Shown: positions 1 through 9,482 of the stretch, piece after piece
Numbering within the stretch: position 1 is the first letter of the stretch
Layout of the letters: each line of letters opens with the position of its first letter
NCBI GenBank assembly: GCA_963663385.2
Contig: CAXXXD010000002.1
Span: 576,001 to 640,000, forward strand
Source of the DNA: Oceanispirochaeta sp.
Lineage (GTDB): Bacteria; Spirochaetota; Spirochaetia; DSM-2461
Direction: 5' to 3'
Length of the DNA stretch: 64,000 nt
The notes under the pieces: model-generated
Seen by the model: only the letters and a program-made list of their open reading frames with translations
The model's database searches: none
What the model was told of the DNA's origin: nothing
Translations under genes and position numbers: made by a program

Positions 1-20
1 ACAGAGTCAGACTCTGTTAT

Positions 21-1052
21 TCACGAATTGGGAATTACGGATTCCCGCAGAACAAGACTGCTGTCCAGCAGTATCAGTTGACCGGTTCTGCCTGTCTCTA
101 TGGTATTCAGCAGCACTTCCGCCGCTTTTTTGCCCTCCTGGAACACCTGCCTTTTTACAGTTGTGAGGGGCGGGTCCATAAAGGGGGAGAAAAAAGAATC
201 GTTCCGGCCTATAACAGACAGATCCTTCGGGATAATGATATTCAGTTCCTTTGCTGCTTCGTATATCCCTAAGGCCATTGTGTCCGACAGGGCATAGAGG
301 GCTGTGCTCTTCAGTTCAGAAGATGATACATATTGCAGAAAGGCGCTCTTCGCGACATCTTTTTCATAGTCGCCCCAGAGAATTTTACCGGAATCGAAGT
401 TCAGACCAAATTCCTTATAAGTCTCTTTTAACAGGTCTATATTATTGATGGTTTCCATATCTTCTTCTCTGCCGGCCATAAGGAGAATATCCCTGTGTCC
501 CAGTTCCAGCAGGTAGCGGACGGCATTGGCCGGTGCGGGGTCCCTGAAAACAATCTGGTTTATGGATCTGCCCATCTGAGGCATATTGACCTGGACGAAA
601 GGGATGTGGGAGCGTTCCAGTTCGGACGCATTATCTTCCATATCCTGCATACTGCAGTATCTAGTTCCGAAGAGGATAACCCCGTCATGTCCCTGGGCCT
701 GATCCAGCTGATTCTTTACCATACTGGGAGAATCCTCTCCCGTAGTGGGGAGGAATACCATGCTGTATTTTCTGGGAAACAGAACAGACTGGATCCCGGA
801 GAGCAGTTCATTGATGAAGGTACTTTGATAGAGGGAACCGTTAAAAGGGATCATAATGCCTATGGAATGGCTCTTCCGGCTGGAAAGGCTTCTGGCAATG
901 CTGTTGGGCCGGTAATTTAACTCATCCACAACCCTGTCAATCTTTTCTTTGGTTTTCTGTCCTACACGGCTGGTATTTTTATCTTTTAAATAGATGGAAA
1001 CGGTTGCTTTTGATACTCCGACCTTATCTGCAATATCCTTGATGCTGGGCAT
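21..1052 (-). CDS. LacI-family transcriptional regulator
   Basis: N-terminal HTH 'SIKDIADKVGVSKATVS', hinge 'YRPNSIARSL', and C-terminal 'IPKDLSVIG..PPLTTV' sugar-binding domain. Confidence 0.95.
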   Translation of the reverse strand: MPSIKDIADKVGVSKATVSIYLKDKNTSRVGQKTKEKIDRVVDELNYRPNSIARSLSSRKSHSIGIMIPFNGSLYQSTFINELLSGIQSVLFPRKYSMVFLPTTGEDSPSMVKNQLDQAQGHDGVILFGTRYCSMQDMEDNASELERSHIPFVQVNMPQMGRSINQIVFRDPAPANAVRYLLELGHRDILLMAGREEDMETINNIDLLKETYKEFGLNFDSGKILWGDYEKDVAKSAFLQYVSSSELKSTALYALSDTMALGIYEAAKELNIIIPKDLSVIGRNDSFFSPFMDPPLTTVKRQVFQEGKKAAEVLLNTIETGRTGQLILLDSSLVLRESVIPNS

Positions 1053-1078
1053 GGAAAACTCCTGTTAGGTTAACAATA

Positions 1079-1129
1079 AGTTAACCGGTTTACTAGTTTG
1101 ATGATAAATGACAGAGCGCAATCTGTCAA
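1079..1129 (-). promoter_or_regulatory. sigma70 promoter of the LacI gene with a LacI-type operator
   Basis: Minus-strand TTGACA (1129-1124), 17 bp spacer, TATCAT (1106-1101). Near-palindrome AGTTAACCGGTTTACT (1079-1094) lies at the predicted +1. Confidence 0.7.
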
Positions 1130-1299
1130 GGAGTAATCGGGTAAACAATTCTACTGATTCTGAATAGGATGGTCGCTGCTATTTTAGCTGTCATGGCCAT
1201 GGGTTATTCAGCTCAAGCCGTATTTGCCTCCAATGCTAATTAACTATTCATACATTGAAAATCCTGCTTGGTTCACTCAAAAATCAGCAAATAAATAAA

Positions 1300-1341
1300 T
1301 TGACAGCTTAAAAGGATAGTGTTAGTATATCACTAATCATA
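1300..1341 (+). promoter_or_regulatory. sigma70 promoter of the opp operon with a putative GntR operator
   Basis: TTGACA 1300-1305, 17 bp spacer, TG-n-TAGTAT 1323-1328. ATATCACTAATCATA (1327-1341) is a 14/15 reverse-complement match to 9446-9460. Confidence 0.65.
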
Positions 1342-1379
1342 TTAGAGGACATATATGAAATAATATCAAAAGGCATTAT

Positions 1380-1526
1380 ATGAAAAAACGTGAGCGTGTC
1401 ATTGCAGCAATTAGAGGAGAGGACGATTGTTTTACAGTTGGTACCTTACAGGGAATTGTGGCTTCTGTTATCCATCCTCTGAAAGGGAAGAATCGAATAA
1501 CAACTCACTGTTTACATTTGTGCTGA
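1380..1526 (+). pseudogene. Short ORF that begins like a UroD/MtaA-family protein (probable gene remnant)
   Basis: 48-aa ORF MKKRERVIAAIRGEDDCFT...; the first 15 aa resemble the N-terminus of 9483..10454 (MNKKERIDAVLQGND). Confidence 0.45.
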
Positions 1527-1562
1527 TTTTCTCAATATAAAAACTATTCTTGGAGGCTTTAA

Positions 1563-2519
1563 ATGGGAAGATATTTACAGAAACGGCTTTTGGTCGTTGT
1601 AATTACCTTCTTCGGTATAACCGTTCTCGTCTATTTTCTGTCGACTCTTGCACCCGGATCTCCTTTGGAAATGCTGTTTTTCGATCCGAATGCCACAGCT
1701 GAATCAATGCAGATGGTTGAAGAACGGCTTGGGCTCGATCAGCCGTTTTACATACAGTACTTCCATTGGGTACGCGAACTTTTCAAAGGGAATCTGGGGG
1801 TATCCTATAGAACAGGACAACCGGTTATTGAAGATATTATGGAAAGAATCGGACCATCCCTGTTATTGACGGTTTCATCTCTGATTTTCTCCCTTTGCAT
1901 TGCAATTCCCCTGGGTGTACTTTCGGCATTCAAACCTTATTCTCTTTGGGATTATATTTCGTCAGGAATTTCTTTTGCCGGTGCAGCTATTCCCAATTTC
2001 TTTGCCGGATTAATCCTGATCTATCTTCTCTCAATCAAGCTGCAGCTATTTCCAAGCGGGGGAATGTATGACAGTTCCGGTATCCAATCTGCGGGAATTC
2101 TTCTAAGGCATATGTTTCTCCCCATGCTGGTTCTTTCCGTGCAGCAGGTAGGGAGTCTGATTCGTCAGACCAGGGGCAGTATGCTGGAAGTTCTGAATGA
2201 AGGGTACATCAGAACAGCTCGCGCAAAAGGATGTCTGGAGGGACGCGTTCTCTTTAAACATGCATTGAGGAATGGATTTTCACCGGTTTTGACAAGAATC
2301 GGCATGATGATTCCCTTTCTGGCTGGTGGAGCTGTTGTTACGGAACAGATCTTTTCCTGGCCGGGATTGGGCAGCCTGATGGTGCTTTCCATAAACTCGC
2401 GGGATTATCCGGTAATTATGGGAATTACAGTTTTTATTGCTATGGCGGTATTGATCGGAAACTTGCTGATAGATCTTATTTACGGTGTTTTAGACCCCAG
2501 GGTCAGTCATACAGGATGA
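1563..2519 (+). CDS. oppB: Oligopeptide/dipeptide ABC transporter permease (OppB/DppB-like)
   Basis: 'LGLDQPFYIQY', 'YIRTARAKG', 'RDYPVIMG', 'LDPR' motifs; GGAGG SD. Confidence 0.93.
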   Translation: MGRYLQKRLLVVVITFFGITVLVYFLSTLAPGSPLEMLFFDPNATAESMQMVEERLGLDQPFYIQYFHWVRELFKGNLGVSYRTGQPVIEDIMERIGPSLLLTVSSLIFSLCIAIPLGVLSAFKPYSLWDYISSGISFAGAAIPNFFAGLILIYLLSIKLQLFPSGGMYDSSGIQSAGILLRHMFLPMLVLSVQQVGSLIRQTRGSMLEVLNEGYIRTARAKGCLEGRVLFKHALRNGFSPVLTRIGMMIPFLAGGAVVTEQIFSWPGLGSLMVLSINSRDYPVIMGITVFIAMAVLIGNLLIDLIYGVLDPRVSHTG

Positions 2520-3394
2520 TAAGCAAAATGAAAAACAATATTGATAGAAGTTCATACATGCAAGATGTCATGAAAAGGCTTTTTTCCCATAAACTGGCCA
2601 TCTTTGGATTAACAGTTGTGATTCTTGAGGTTTCAGCGGTAATTATTCTGCCGGGATTAATGAATTTAGATCCCTTTGCTATTGATTACGACGCCTTTGG
2701 TTCTGCTCCATCGGACAAATATATTCTGGGTTGCGATGATGTGGGCAGGGATCTATTTGCCCGATTGGTATACGGGGGCAGAGTATCGCTTTCCGTCGGT
2801 CTGTTATCCGCCTTTATCAGTCTGATAGTAGGAGTTCCTCTCGGGCTGCTGGCCGGATATTACAAAGGTCCGGTTGAAGTTGTGATCATGCGACTGGCTG
2901 ATATATTCATGTCCTTTCCGGCTATGATTCTTATTCTTGTTTTGGCATCAGTATTGGGGCAGTCGGTAATAACTATAATTTTTGTGATTGGAATCATCGG
3001 CTGGCCGGAGTTCGCGCGGCTGATTCACGGAACTGTATTGTCGGTGCGGGAAAAGGATTACGTGGAGTCTGCCGTTGCAATCGGTACGCTGGATATACAG
3101 ATTATATTCCGTTATATCCTGCCGAACTCCTTTTCTCCGGTCATTATCGCTTTTACCTTTCGGACGGCTCAGGCGATTATTACCGAATCTTCCATTAGTT
3201 TTCTCGGGTTGGGAATTCAACCGCCGGAAGCTTCATGGGGCAATATCCTGTATTACGCCCAGTCTATCAGTGTCCTTGCGTATAAACCCTGGGCCTGGCT
3301 TCCCGCGGGAGTCATTCTTGTCCTGACTGTATTAAGCATCAACTTCCTGGGGGACGGCATACGGGATGCCTTGGACGTGAAGATGGGAAAGTAA
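2516..3394 (+). CDS. oppC: Oligopeptide/dipeptide ABC transporter permease (OppC/DppC-like)
   Basis: 'LGCDDVGRDLFARLVYGGRVSL', 'ISFLGLG..PPEASWG', 'NFLGDGIRDALD'. Confidence 0.93.
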   Translation: MISKMKNNIDRSSYMQDVMKRLFSHKLAIFGLTVVILEVSAVIILPGLMNLDPFAIDYDAFGSAPSDKYILGCDDVGRDLFARLVYGGRVSLSVGLLSAFISLIVGVPLGLLAGYYKGPVEVVIMRLADIFMSFPAMILILVLASVLGQSVITIIFVIGIIGWPEFARLIHGTVLSVREKDYVESAVAIGTLDIQIIFRYILPNSFSPVIIAFTFRTAQAIITESSISFLGLGIQPPEASWGNILYYAQSISVLAYKPWAWLPAGVILVLTVLSINFLGDGIRDALDVKMGK

Positions 3395-3477
3395 TAATGT
3401 CGGGAAGTTATTCAAGCATAAAAGCGAATCTGCGGATTTGCATAAAAATATTACAAGTACTGAGGAGGAAAGTACGG

Positions 3478-5070
3478 ATGAGAAAATCATTATTAAGTGG
3501 ATTGCTGGTTCTCGCAATTTCTCTGGGATCTGTGTTTGCAGCAGGGCAGCAGGAACGGTCAGGGAAGGGTGAAAGCTCCGGGAAAGTGATAACAACCGCC
3601 ATGGTATCGGCTTGGGATTCTCTAATTCCATTTGATACAACCAGTTCCTATTCTGATTTTGTGGCTGATATCATTTTTGACAAAATGGTTTATCTGAAGG
3701 CAGATGGTACATACATACCCAGGCTGGCGGAAAGTTGGGAAATGAGCGACGATAATATGGTCCTCACATTCCATATTGATAAAAATGCTAAATGGCATGA
3801 TGGTGAACCGGTTACCGCTCAGGATGTCGTTTTTACATCCCTTTTATACAGTGCGCCGTCTCTTGCTACAGCAAGAACAAATCAGTTTAATGAATTTGCC
3901 GGTTTTGGAGAAGGGGATGATACTCTTCAGGTCAAAGCCATTGACGATTATACCGTTCAGTACACATTGAAAAAGCCGACCAATATCGATTTTCTGCTAT
4001 TTACTAAATTCCGGGATGTCTACATCCTTCCATACCATCTTCTCGGGCAGTTGCCTTACAGTGAAGTTCGTACAAGTGACTACTGGAAGAGTCCGATAGG
4101 ATCTGGACCTGGAAAGTATGAGAATCAGATAAGCGGAGAACGGATACAGTTCAGCGCCAATAAAGACTACCATCTGAAAACACCCCAATGGGATCGTCTC
4201 GAGCTGCGCGTGGTAACTTCTCAAAACCTTCTTTCCGGTTTAATAAACGGAGAGATCGATGTCCTGGGAGGAGGTAATATCGCCTCGCTTCAGCTATCCG
4301 ACTGGAAAATGGCAAAGGATAATAATGAAATTATCTGTCTTTCCACACCTTCCGTCTCATACCAGTATATGGCCATTAACAACGCACGGGATTATATGAC
4401 CAGACCTGTTCGGCAGGCTATTAACTATGCTATCAACAGGGAGGTTATTGTGAATAAACTCCTCTTTGGCGAGGGAGAGCTTGCTTTTAGTAATATCCGG
4501 AGTGATAACGTTTATTTCGATCAGGATATTATTGTTTCTTATGATCCGGAAAAGGCAAGAAAGCTTCTGAAAGAGGAAGGCTGGGACACTAACCGGGAAC
4601 TGATCATGTCCGTTCCTACAGGTAATACTATCAGGGAGCAATCGGCTGTTATAATTCAGCAGAATCTACAGGAAATCGGAATAAAAACCAAGATCCTCTC
4701 TTCGGATTTTCCCACCCATCTCACTCGGGTGAGAAACGGAGAATATGATTTCGGATTTATCGGATCCGGCGGATCTCCCGATCCTTCGGAATCGGTTATC
4801 AATTTTAATCCTGATCATCTGAATAACTTTGCCCAACTGACGGATTGGACTATTTTCGATACAGGAGCCGAAGGACAGGCCGCTTTCAGTTTTGATGAAC
4901 GGAAAGCCTTGTATGACAAATTCCAGATCCTTCTGAAAGAAGAAGTCCCATGGGCATTCCTGTATTTTCCCAATACTCTTTTTGCTCACAGAATTAATGT
5001 CGGCGGTGTTACCGATGTTCAGGATTACAGTCAGAACAACCGGGATACCTGGAACTGGACGATCGAATAA
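3478..5070 (+). CDS. oppA: Peptide ABC transporter substrate-binding protein (family 5)
   Basis: 'PRLAESWE', 'WHDGEPVTAQDVVF', 'PIGSGP'. Start moved to ATG 3478, which follows GAGGAGG and opens the signal peptide MRKSLLSGLLVLAISLGSVFA. Confidence 0.92.
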   Translation: MRKSLLSGLLVLAISLGSVFAAGQQERSGKGESSGKVITTAMVSAWDSLIPFDTTSSYSDFVADIIFDKMVYLKADGTYIPRLAESWEMSDDNMVLTFHIDKNAKWHDGEPVTAQDVVFTSLLYSAPSLATARTNQFNEFAGFGEGDDTLQVKAIDDYTVQYTLKKPTNIDFLLFTKFRDVYILPYHLLGQLPYSEVRTSDYWKSPIGSGPGKYENQISGERIQFSANKDYHLKTPQWDRLELRVVTSQNLLSGLINGEIDVLGGGNIASLQLSDWKMAKDNNEIICLSTPSVSYQYMAINNARDYMTRPVRQAINYAINREVIVNKLLFGEGELAFSNIRSDNVYFDQDIIVSYDPEKARKLLKEEGWDTNRELIMSVPTGNTIREQSAVIIQQNLQEIGIKTKILSSDFPTHLTRVRNGEYDFGFIGSGGSPDPSESVINFNPDHLNNFAQLTDWTIFDTGAEGQAAFSFDERKALYDKFQILLKEEVPWAFLYFPNTLFAHRINVGGVTDVQDYSQNNRDTWNWTIE

Positions 5071-5098
5071 ACCCGGACAATCTTGATTTCACAATAAA

Positions 5099-5129
5099 AC
5101 GGTAGAGGAGAGGATTCCTCCTCTACCGT
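5099..5129 (+). other. Intra-operon stem-loop after the binding-protein gene (mRNA stabiliser or partial terminator)
   Basis: ACGGTAGAGGAG / CTCCTCTACCGT perfect 12-bp inverted repeat with no U-tract. Confidence 0.6.
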
Positions 5130-5153
5130 ATAGGATTTGATTTAGGAGAAAAC

Positions 5154-6146
5154 ATGGAACAGCCCTTACTTGAAGTTAAAAATCTGACAACAAGTTTTAA
5201 AATAAAGAAAAAATGGGTAAACGCTGTTGAAAATGTGAACTTTTCTGTAAAACAGGGTGAAATTTTCGGTATTGTAGGAGAATCCGGTTGCGGGAAGAGC
5301 GTAACCGCTCTCTCTATTCTCAAACTGATTTCGTCTCCGACCTTCAGAATGGATGGCGGTACAATCCTGTTTAAGGGAATTCCTGTTTCCTGTTTGACAT
5401 CACGGGAATTGAGTAGATTCCGCGGGAAAAAAATATCCATGGTTTTTCAGGATCCGATGACATCTCTGAATCCGTCAATGACGATCGGGAATCAGTTGAT
5501 TGAAGTTATCAGGGTTCATGATAAAATTGATAAACGTACAGCTTTGGAGATGGCTGTTCAAATTCTGGCAAAGTTGGGACTCCCGTCTCCAGAGAAAAGA
5601 ATAAGAGAGTTTCCGCATCAGTTAAGCGGAGGAATGCGTCAGCGGATTGTAATAGCCATGGCATTCATTCAGAATCCTCCTCTTATTATTGCAGATGAGC
5701 CGACAACAGCATTGGATGTGACAACTCAGGCTCAGATTCTTGATCTGCTGAAAGAGCACAGAAATACAACAAATTCTTCGATTATCCTTATTACCCATGA
5801 TATGGGTGTTGTTGCCGAGATGACAGACCGGATTATGGTTATGTATGCGGGAACTGTTATGGAAGAGGGAAGCACCAGGGATATTTTCAAAGATCCCTGT
5901 CACCCTTATACGGTAGGTCTTCTGGGATCTATTCCCAGAAAGGATAGGGATATCGATAAGTTATATACAATTGGGGGATCCGTTCCTACTCTTCAGGCTA
6001 TGCCGAAGGGGTGCCGTTTTTGTACTCGCTGCCAATACGCTGATGACAGGTGCCGTCAGGAAAAACCTCCGCTTCTGAAAATAGGCGACAGGACGGTCAG
6101 CTGTTTCAGATATTATAAGGGTAAGGAAGATAATGGACACAAATAG
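5154..6146 (+). CDS. oppD: Peptide ABC transporter ATP-binding protein
   Basis: Walker A GESGCGKS, LSGGMRQR signature, ADEPTTALD, C-terminal Cys cluster. Confidence 0.95.
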   Translation: MEQPLLEVKNLTTSFKIKKKWVNAVENVNFSVKQGEIFGIVGESGCGKSVTALSILKLISSPTFRMDGGTILFKGIPVSCLTSRELSRFRGKKISMVFQDPMTSLNPSMTIGNQLIEVIRVHDKIDKRTALEMAVQILAKLGLPSPEKRIREFPHQLSGGMRQRIVIAMAFIQNPPLIIADEPTTALDVTTQAQILDLLKEHRNTTNSSIILITHDMGVVAEMTDRIMVMYAGTVMEEGSTRDIFKDPCHPYTVGLLGSIPRKDRDIDKLYTIGGSVPTLQAMPKGCRFCTRCQYADDRCRQEKPPLLKIGDRTVSCFRYYKGKEDNGHK

Positions 6147-7161
6147 CAGGCAAACGGATTATGTCAGGGTTGAGAGTATAAAGAAATTCTTTCATACATC
6201 AAAAGGGTCCCTGTTTTCCCGGAAAGAACGAAAAGCGGTAAAGGCGGTCAATGATGTCTCCTTTACAATTAAAAAGGGAGAGATCTTCAGTATCGTAGGC
6301 GAAAGCGGATGTGGTAAAACCACCCTCGGAAGGGTCCTTCTTCGATTGCTGGAACCTACAGCAGGGAGTATCCGTTTTGACGGGATCAATCTTCTGGATT
6401 TGAAGAAGGAAGAGATGCGACTGATGAGGAACCGGGTACAAATCATCTTTCAGGATCCCTATTCCTCCTTGAATCCGCGGATGACAGTTAAGGAATTGAT
6501 AAAAGCTCCTCTGGATGTGTTTCAGCGGAACCTTTCTGAAAAAGAGAAGCTCGAGAAAGTTTTTTCCATTATGGAAAAGGTCGGTCTGAATCCGGAGTTT
6601 ATAGAAAAATATCCTCATGAGTTTTCCGGCGGTCAGATGCAGAGAATTGTTATTGCACGTGCTTTGATCGTTAATCCTGAGTTTATTATTTGTGATGAGC
6701 CAGTCTCCGCTCTGGATGTTTCCGTCCGTGCTCAGGTATTGAATCTGTTAAAAGATCTTCAACAGGAAATGGGACTGACCCTTGTTTTTATATCTCATGA
6801 TTTGAGTGTCGTTCGGTTTTTATGTGATCGCGTCGCAGTTATGTATTTGGGAAATATTGTTGAACTTGGCGATAAAGAAGATATTTTTAACAACCAGTTG
6901 CACCCGTATACGGAATCTCTGTTCTCGGCCATCCCTGTCCCTGATCCTGATGTCAGAGTAGAGCGTATTCCTCTGGAAGGTGATGTGCCCAGCCCGTATG
7001 ATCCACCGCAGGGCTGCAGCTTTCATACCCGGTGCAAATATGCTGAAGAGTGTTGTAAAACGATAAAACCTGAGCTGAGGGATATTGGTAATGGCCATCT
7101 CGTGGCCTGCCATCTACGCTTGCCGGAACAAATTTTAAATAAAGAGAATGGAAATGACTGA
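6133..7161 (+). CDS. oppF: Peptide ABC transporter ATP-binding protein
   Basis: GESGCGKT, FSGGQMQR, CDEPVSALD, 'GCSFHTRC' C-terminal domain. Confidence 0.95.
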   Translation: MDTNSRQTDYVRVESIKKFFHTSKGSLFSRKERKAVKAVNDVSFTIKKGEIFSIVGESGCGKTTLGRVLLRLLEPTAGSIRFDGINLLDLKKEEMRLMRNRVQIIFQDPYSSLNPRMTVKELIKAPLDVFQRNLSEKEKLEKVFSIMEKVGLNPEFIEKYPHEFSGGQMQRIVIARALIVNPEFIICDEPVSALDVSVRAQVLNLLKDLQQEMGLTLVFISHDLSVVRFLCDRVAVMYLGNIVELGDKEDIFNNQLHPYTESLFSAIPVPDPDVRVERIPLEGDVPSPYDPPQGCSFHTRCKYAEECCKTIKPELRDIGNGHLVACHLRLPEQILNKENGND

Positions 7162-8572
7162 TTATAAAGATGTTACTGACTGGATCGAAAATAACAGGGA
7201 AGCCATGATCCGGGATATTGTGTCACTGGTAAATATTAAAAGTGTGAGCAGCAAAACCGGAAATCGGGACGAACCCTTCGGAAGTGGATGTAAAGCGGTT
7301 CTACTGAAAGCAATGGACCTGTGTGCGGAGATGGGGTTCCCTGCAACAAACCATGAAAACTACTGTGCTTCCTTTTTATGGGAAGGTTCCGGGAAGAAGG
7401 AAATCGGGATATTCGGTCATTTGGACGTTGTCCCGGAAGGACCCGGCTGGACTACCAATCCATATTCTGCGGAAGTCCGGGATGGAATAATAATCGGCAG
7501 GGGGGCTTCCGATAACAAAGGGGCCGTTGTTTCCATTCTCTATGCACTGAAATATATGAAGGATTCGGGATATAGTCCGAAGCACTCTATCCGGATGTTT
7601 CTGGGCTGCAATGAAGAGTGCGGGATGGAGGATATTGAGTATTTTGTTTCAAACCAGGGGATGCCTGCGTTCTCCTTTACACCCGATGTTAACTTTCCCG
7701 TCTGTCATGGTGAAAAGGGCGCGTTAAACATCACAGCCCGTTTTTCTCTGGGAGAGAGTGTTCTGCTGGATTTCTCTGCCGGAGTAGCAAAGAATGCTGT
7801 TCCCGGAGAGGCCAATGCAATATTGCGCATGCATAGGGATGAGGCCGGCAGATATTTGCCGGAAGAGCTGCTGGAACCGTTTGGGGAATATGTAAAAATC
7901 ACTGTAGAGGGAATTGCCGCCCATTCAGCTTTTCCGGAAGGCTCTCTGAGTGCGGAAGTAAAGTTGGCCGAACTTCTTCTGAATTCCGGAGTACTGGATA
8001 ATCCGGCCCGCAGTCTGATGAAAGGGGTGACAAGTCTTTTTTCCGATTATTACGGTAAAGGAATCGGTGTAGAGTGGGAGGATGCCCTTTCGGGGAAACT
8101 GACTCATGTCGGGTGCATGGTCAGGACAGAGGCCGGTACATGTTTTCAGCATATTAATATCCGGTATAATATTGAAGCAGATCGGAAACTTATGCTGCAG
8201 CGAATCAATACTGTCTTAAAGTCCGTAGGTTTTTCCATAGATGAAATAGAGGATAGTCCTCCCAGTTATTTTCCAGGTGATCATGAGATCGTTCAGCAAT
8301 TGACGGAAATTGTAAACCGCAACTTTGGTACGGACCTGACTCCCTACGTTATGGGGGGCGGAACATATGCCCGTAAGCTGAAAAATGCTATTGGTTTTGG
8401 TCCGGGAAATCCTGTTGTAAAGAAAAGATTTGGTCCGGATAGGGGAGGAGCCCATCAACCGGACGAATACGTAGAGATAGAAAGTTTAATAAAGTCAATT
8501 GATATTTATGCGCAAGCAATACCTTTTCTTGATCATAGTATAGCTGGTGAAGATTTCCCCGAGTTGCAGTAA
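7148..8572 (+). CDS. M20 metallopeptidase, PepV/Sapep-like dipeptidase
   Basis: 'GHLDVVP', 'GRGASDNKG', 'NEE.GM', 'GEKG', 'GGGTYAR', 'AHQPDE'. Confidence 0.9.
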   Translation: MEMTDYKDVTDWIENNREAMIRDIVSLVNIKSVSSKTGNRDEPFGSGCKAVLLKAMDLCAEMGFPATNHENYCASFLWEGSGKKEIGIFGHLDVVPEGPGWTTNPYSAEVRDGIIIGRGASDNKGAVVSILYALKYMKDSGYSPKHSIRMFLGCNEECGMEDIEYFVSNQGMPAFSFTPDVNFPVCHGEKGALNITARFSLGESVLLDFSAGVAKNAVPGEANAILRMHRDEAGRYLPEELLEPFGEYVKITVEGIAAHSAFPEGSLSAEVKLAELLLNSGVLDNPARSLMKGVTSLFSDYYGKGIGVEWEDALSGKLTHVGCMVRTEAGTCFQHINIRYNIEADRKLMLQRINTVLKSVGFSIDEIEDSPPSYFPGDHEIVQQLTEIVNRNFGTDLTPYVMGGGTYARKLKNAIGFGPGNPVVKKRFGPDRGGAHQPDEYVEIESLIKSIDIYAQAIPFLDHSIAGEDFPELQ

Positions 8573-8700
8573 ACCAGCAATTTAACATCTCAGTATGTAT
8601 AATCTTCTCAATCTTTCAGGAGGGATACTAAACCCCAAGAACTGTCACGACAATTGAATTATACTTCCATAGCTTGAGAGTGTTAAAAATGACCAGTTTT

Positions 8701-9348
8701 CTAGCTTATCAGCATCGTATCATGAATGGAATTGATATCACTGATTAACAACTTTTCTGCCATATCAAAGTCATGTTTTTCAAGAGCATGAAAAATTTGC
8801 TTATGTGACTCGGAATTAAAAGTCAGATACGTTTCCGGTGTTTCATTCCAGAATAGTTGCATATTAATTCTTCTTAGAAGATTCAGTGTATCATTGAGTG
8901 CTTTTGTTAATAGCGAGTTGTTCGCACATAAAACCAATCCAATATGAAATTGAATGTTATACTCCCACCATTGGCTTAATTCGACATTTTCCATATCGCC
9001 TGGAATAGATGTATCGACAATCGTACTTTCCAGGGCTTCCAATTGTCTGGACGTCATCCTCTCCTTCGAAAGAGATAATCCCTGTGTTTCCAGGATGATC
9101 CTGAACTGAATGGCCTCTCTAAAGTCCCGCTCGGTCAACTGAAGGATCTGATAGCCGGAGCGTGGAATATTCCTGATGATATTTTCATTGCACAGTTCAA
9201 TCAAGGCTTCTCTGACCGGCGCTTTGCTGACATGGAACATCTCAGCCAATTCGCCTTCCTTGAGAAATTCTGTCATGGGGAATCTATTCCGCATAATCAT
9301 GTCCATAATCTCGTCATGGATCTTTTTCTTTAATGTAACGCTCTTCAT
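8701..9348 (-). CDS. GntR (FadR/FCD) family transcriptional regulator
   Basis: wHTH 'EGELAEMFHVSKAPVREAL' and FCD domain 'NIQFH...H..IFHAL'. Confidence 0.9.
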   Translation of the reverse strand: MKSVTLKKKIHDEIMDMIMRNRFPMTEFLKEGELAEMFHVSKAPVREALIELCNENIIRNIPRSGYQILQLTERDFREAIQFRIILETQGLSLSKERMTSRQLEALESTIVDTSIPGDMENVELSQWWEYNIQFHIGLVLCANNSLLTKALNDTLNLLRRINMQLFWNETPETYLTFNSESHKQIFHALEKHDFDMAEKLLISDINSIHDTMLIS

Positions 9349-9411
9349 TCGGGTATCATCCTGTCTTTTTTCTATAGATTACCGGTTTTTGGATAAAAAA
9401 GCAATATAATA

Positions 9412-9460
9412 TTGACAGAAATAATGTTAGATAACATAATACTGGTATGATTAGAGATAT
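9412..9460 (+). promoter_or_regulatory. sigma70 promoter of the uroD-like operon with putative GntR operators
   Basis: TTGACA 9412-9417, 17 bp spacer, CATAAT 9435-9440. Palindrome ATGTTA-GA-TAACAT at 9424-9437; TATGATTAGAGATAT at 9446-9460. Confidence 0.65.
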
Positions 9461-9482
9461 GAATAACAACGGAGGTTATTGA

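Noticed and set aside
3397..3477. Longer N-termini given by the ORF track (also 30345, 34777, 37385, 61384)
   Set aside because: Downstream ATGs have clear SD sequences and give proper signal peptides or domain starts
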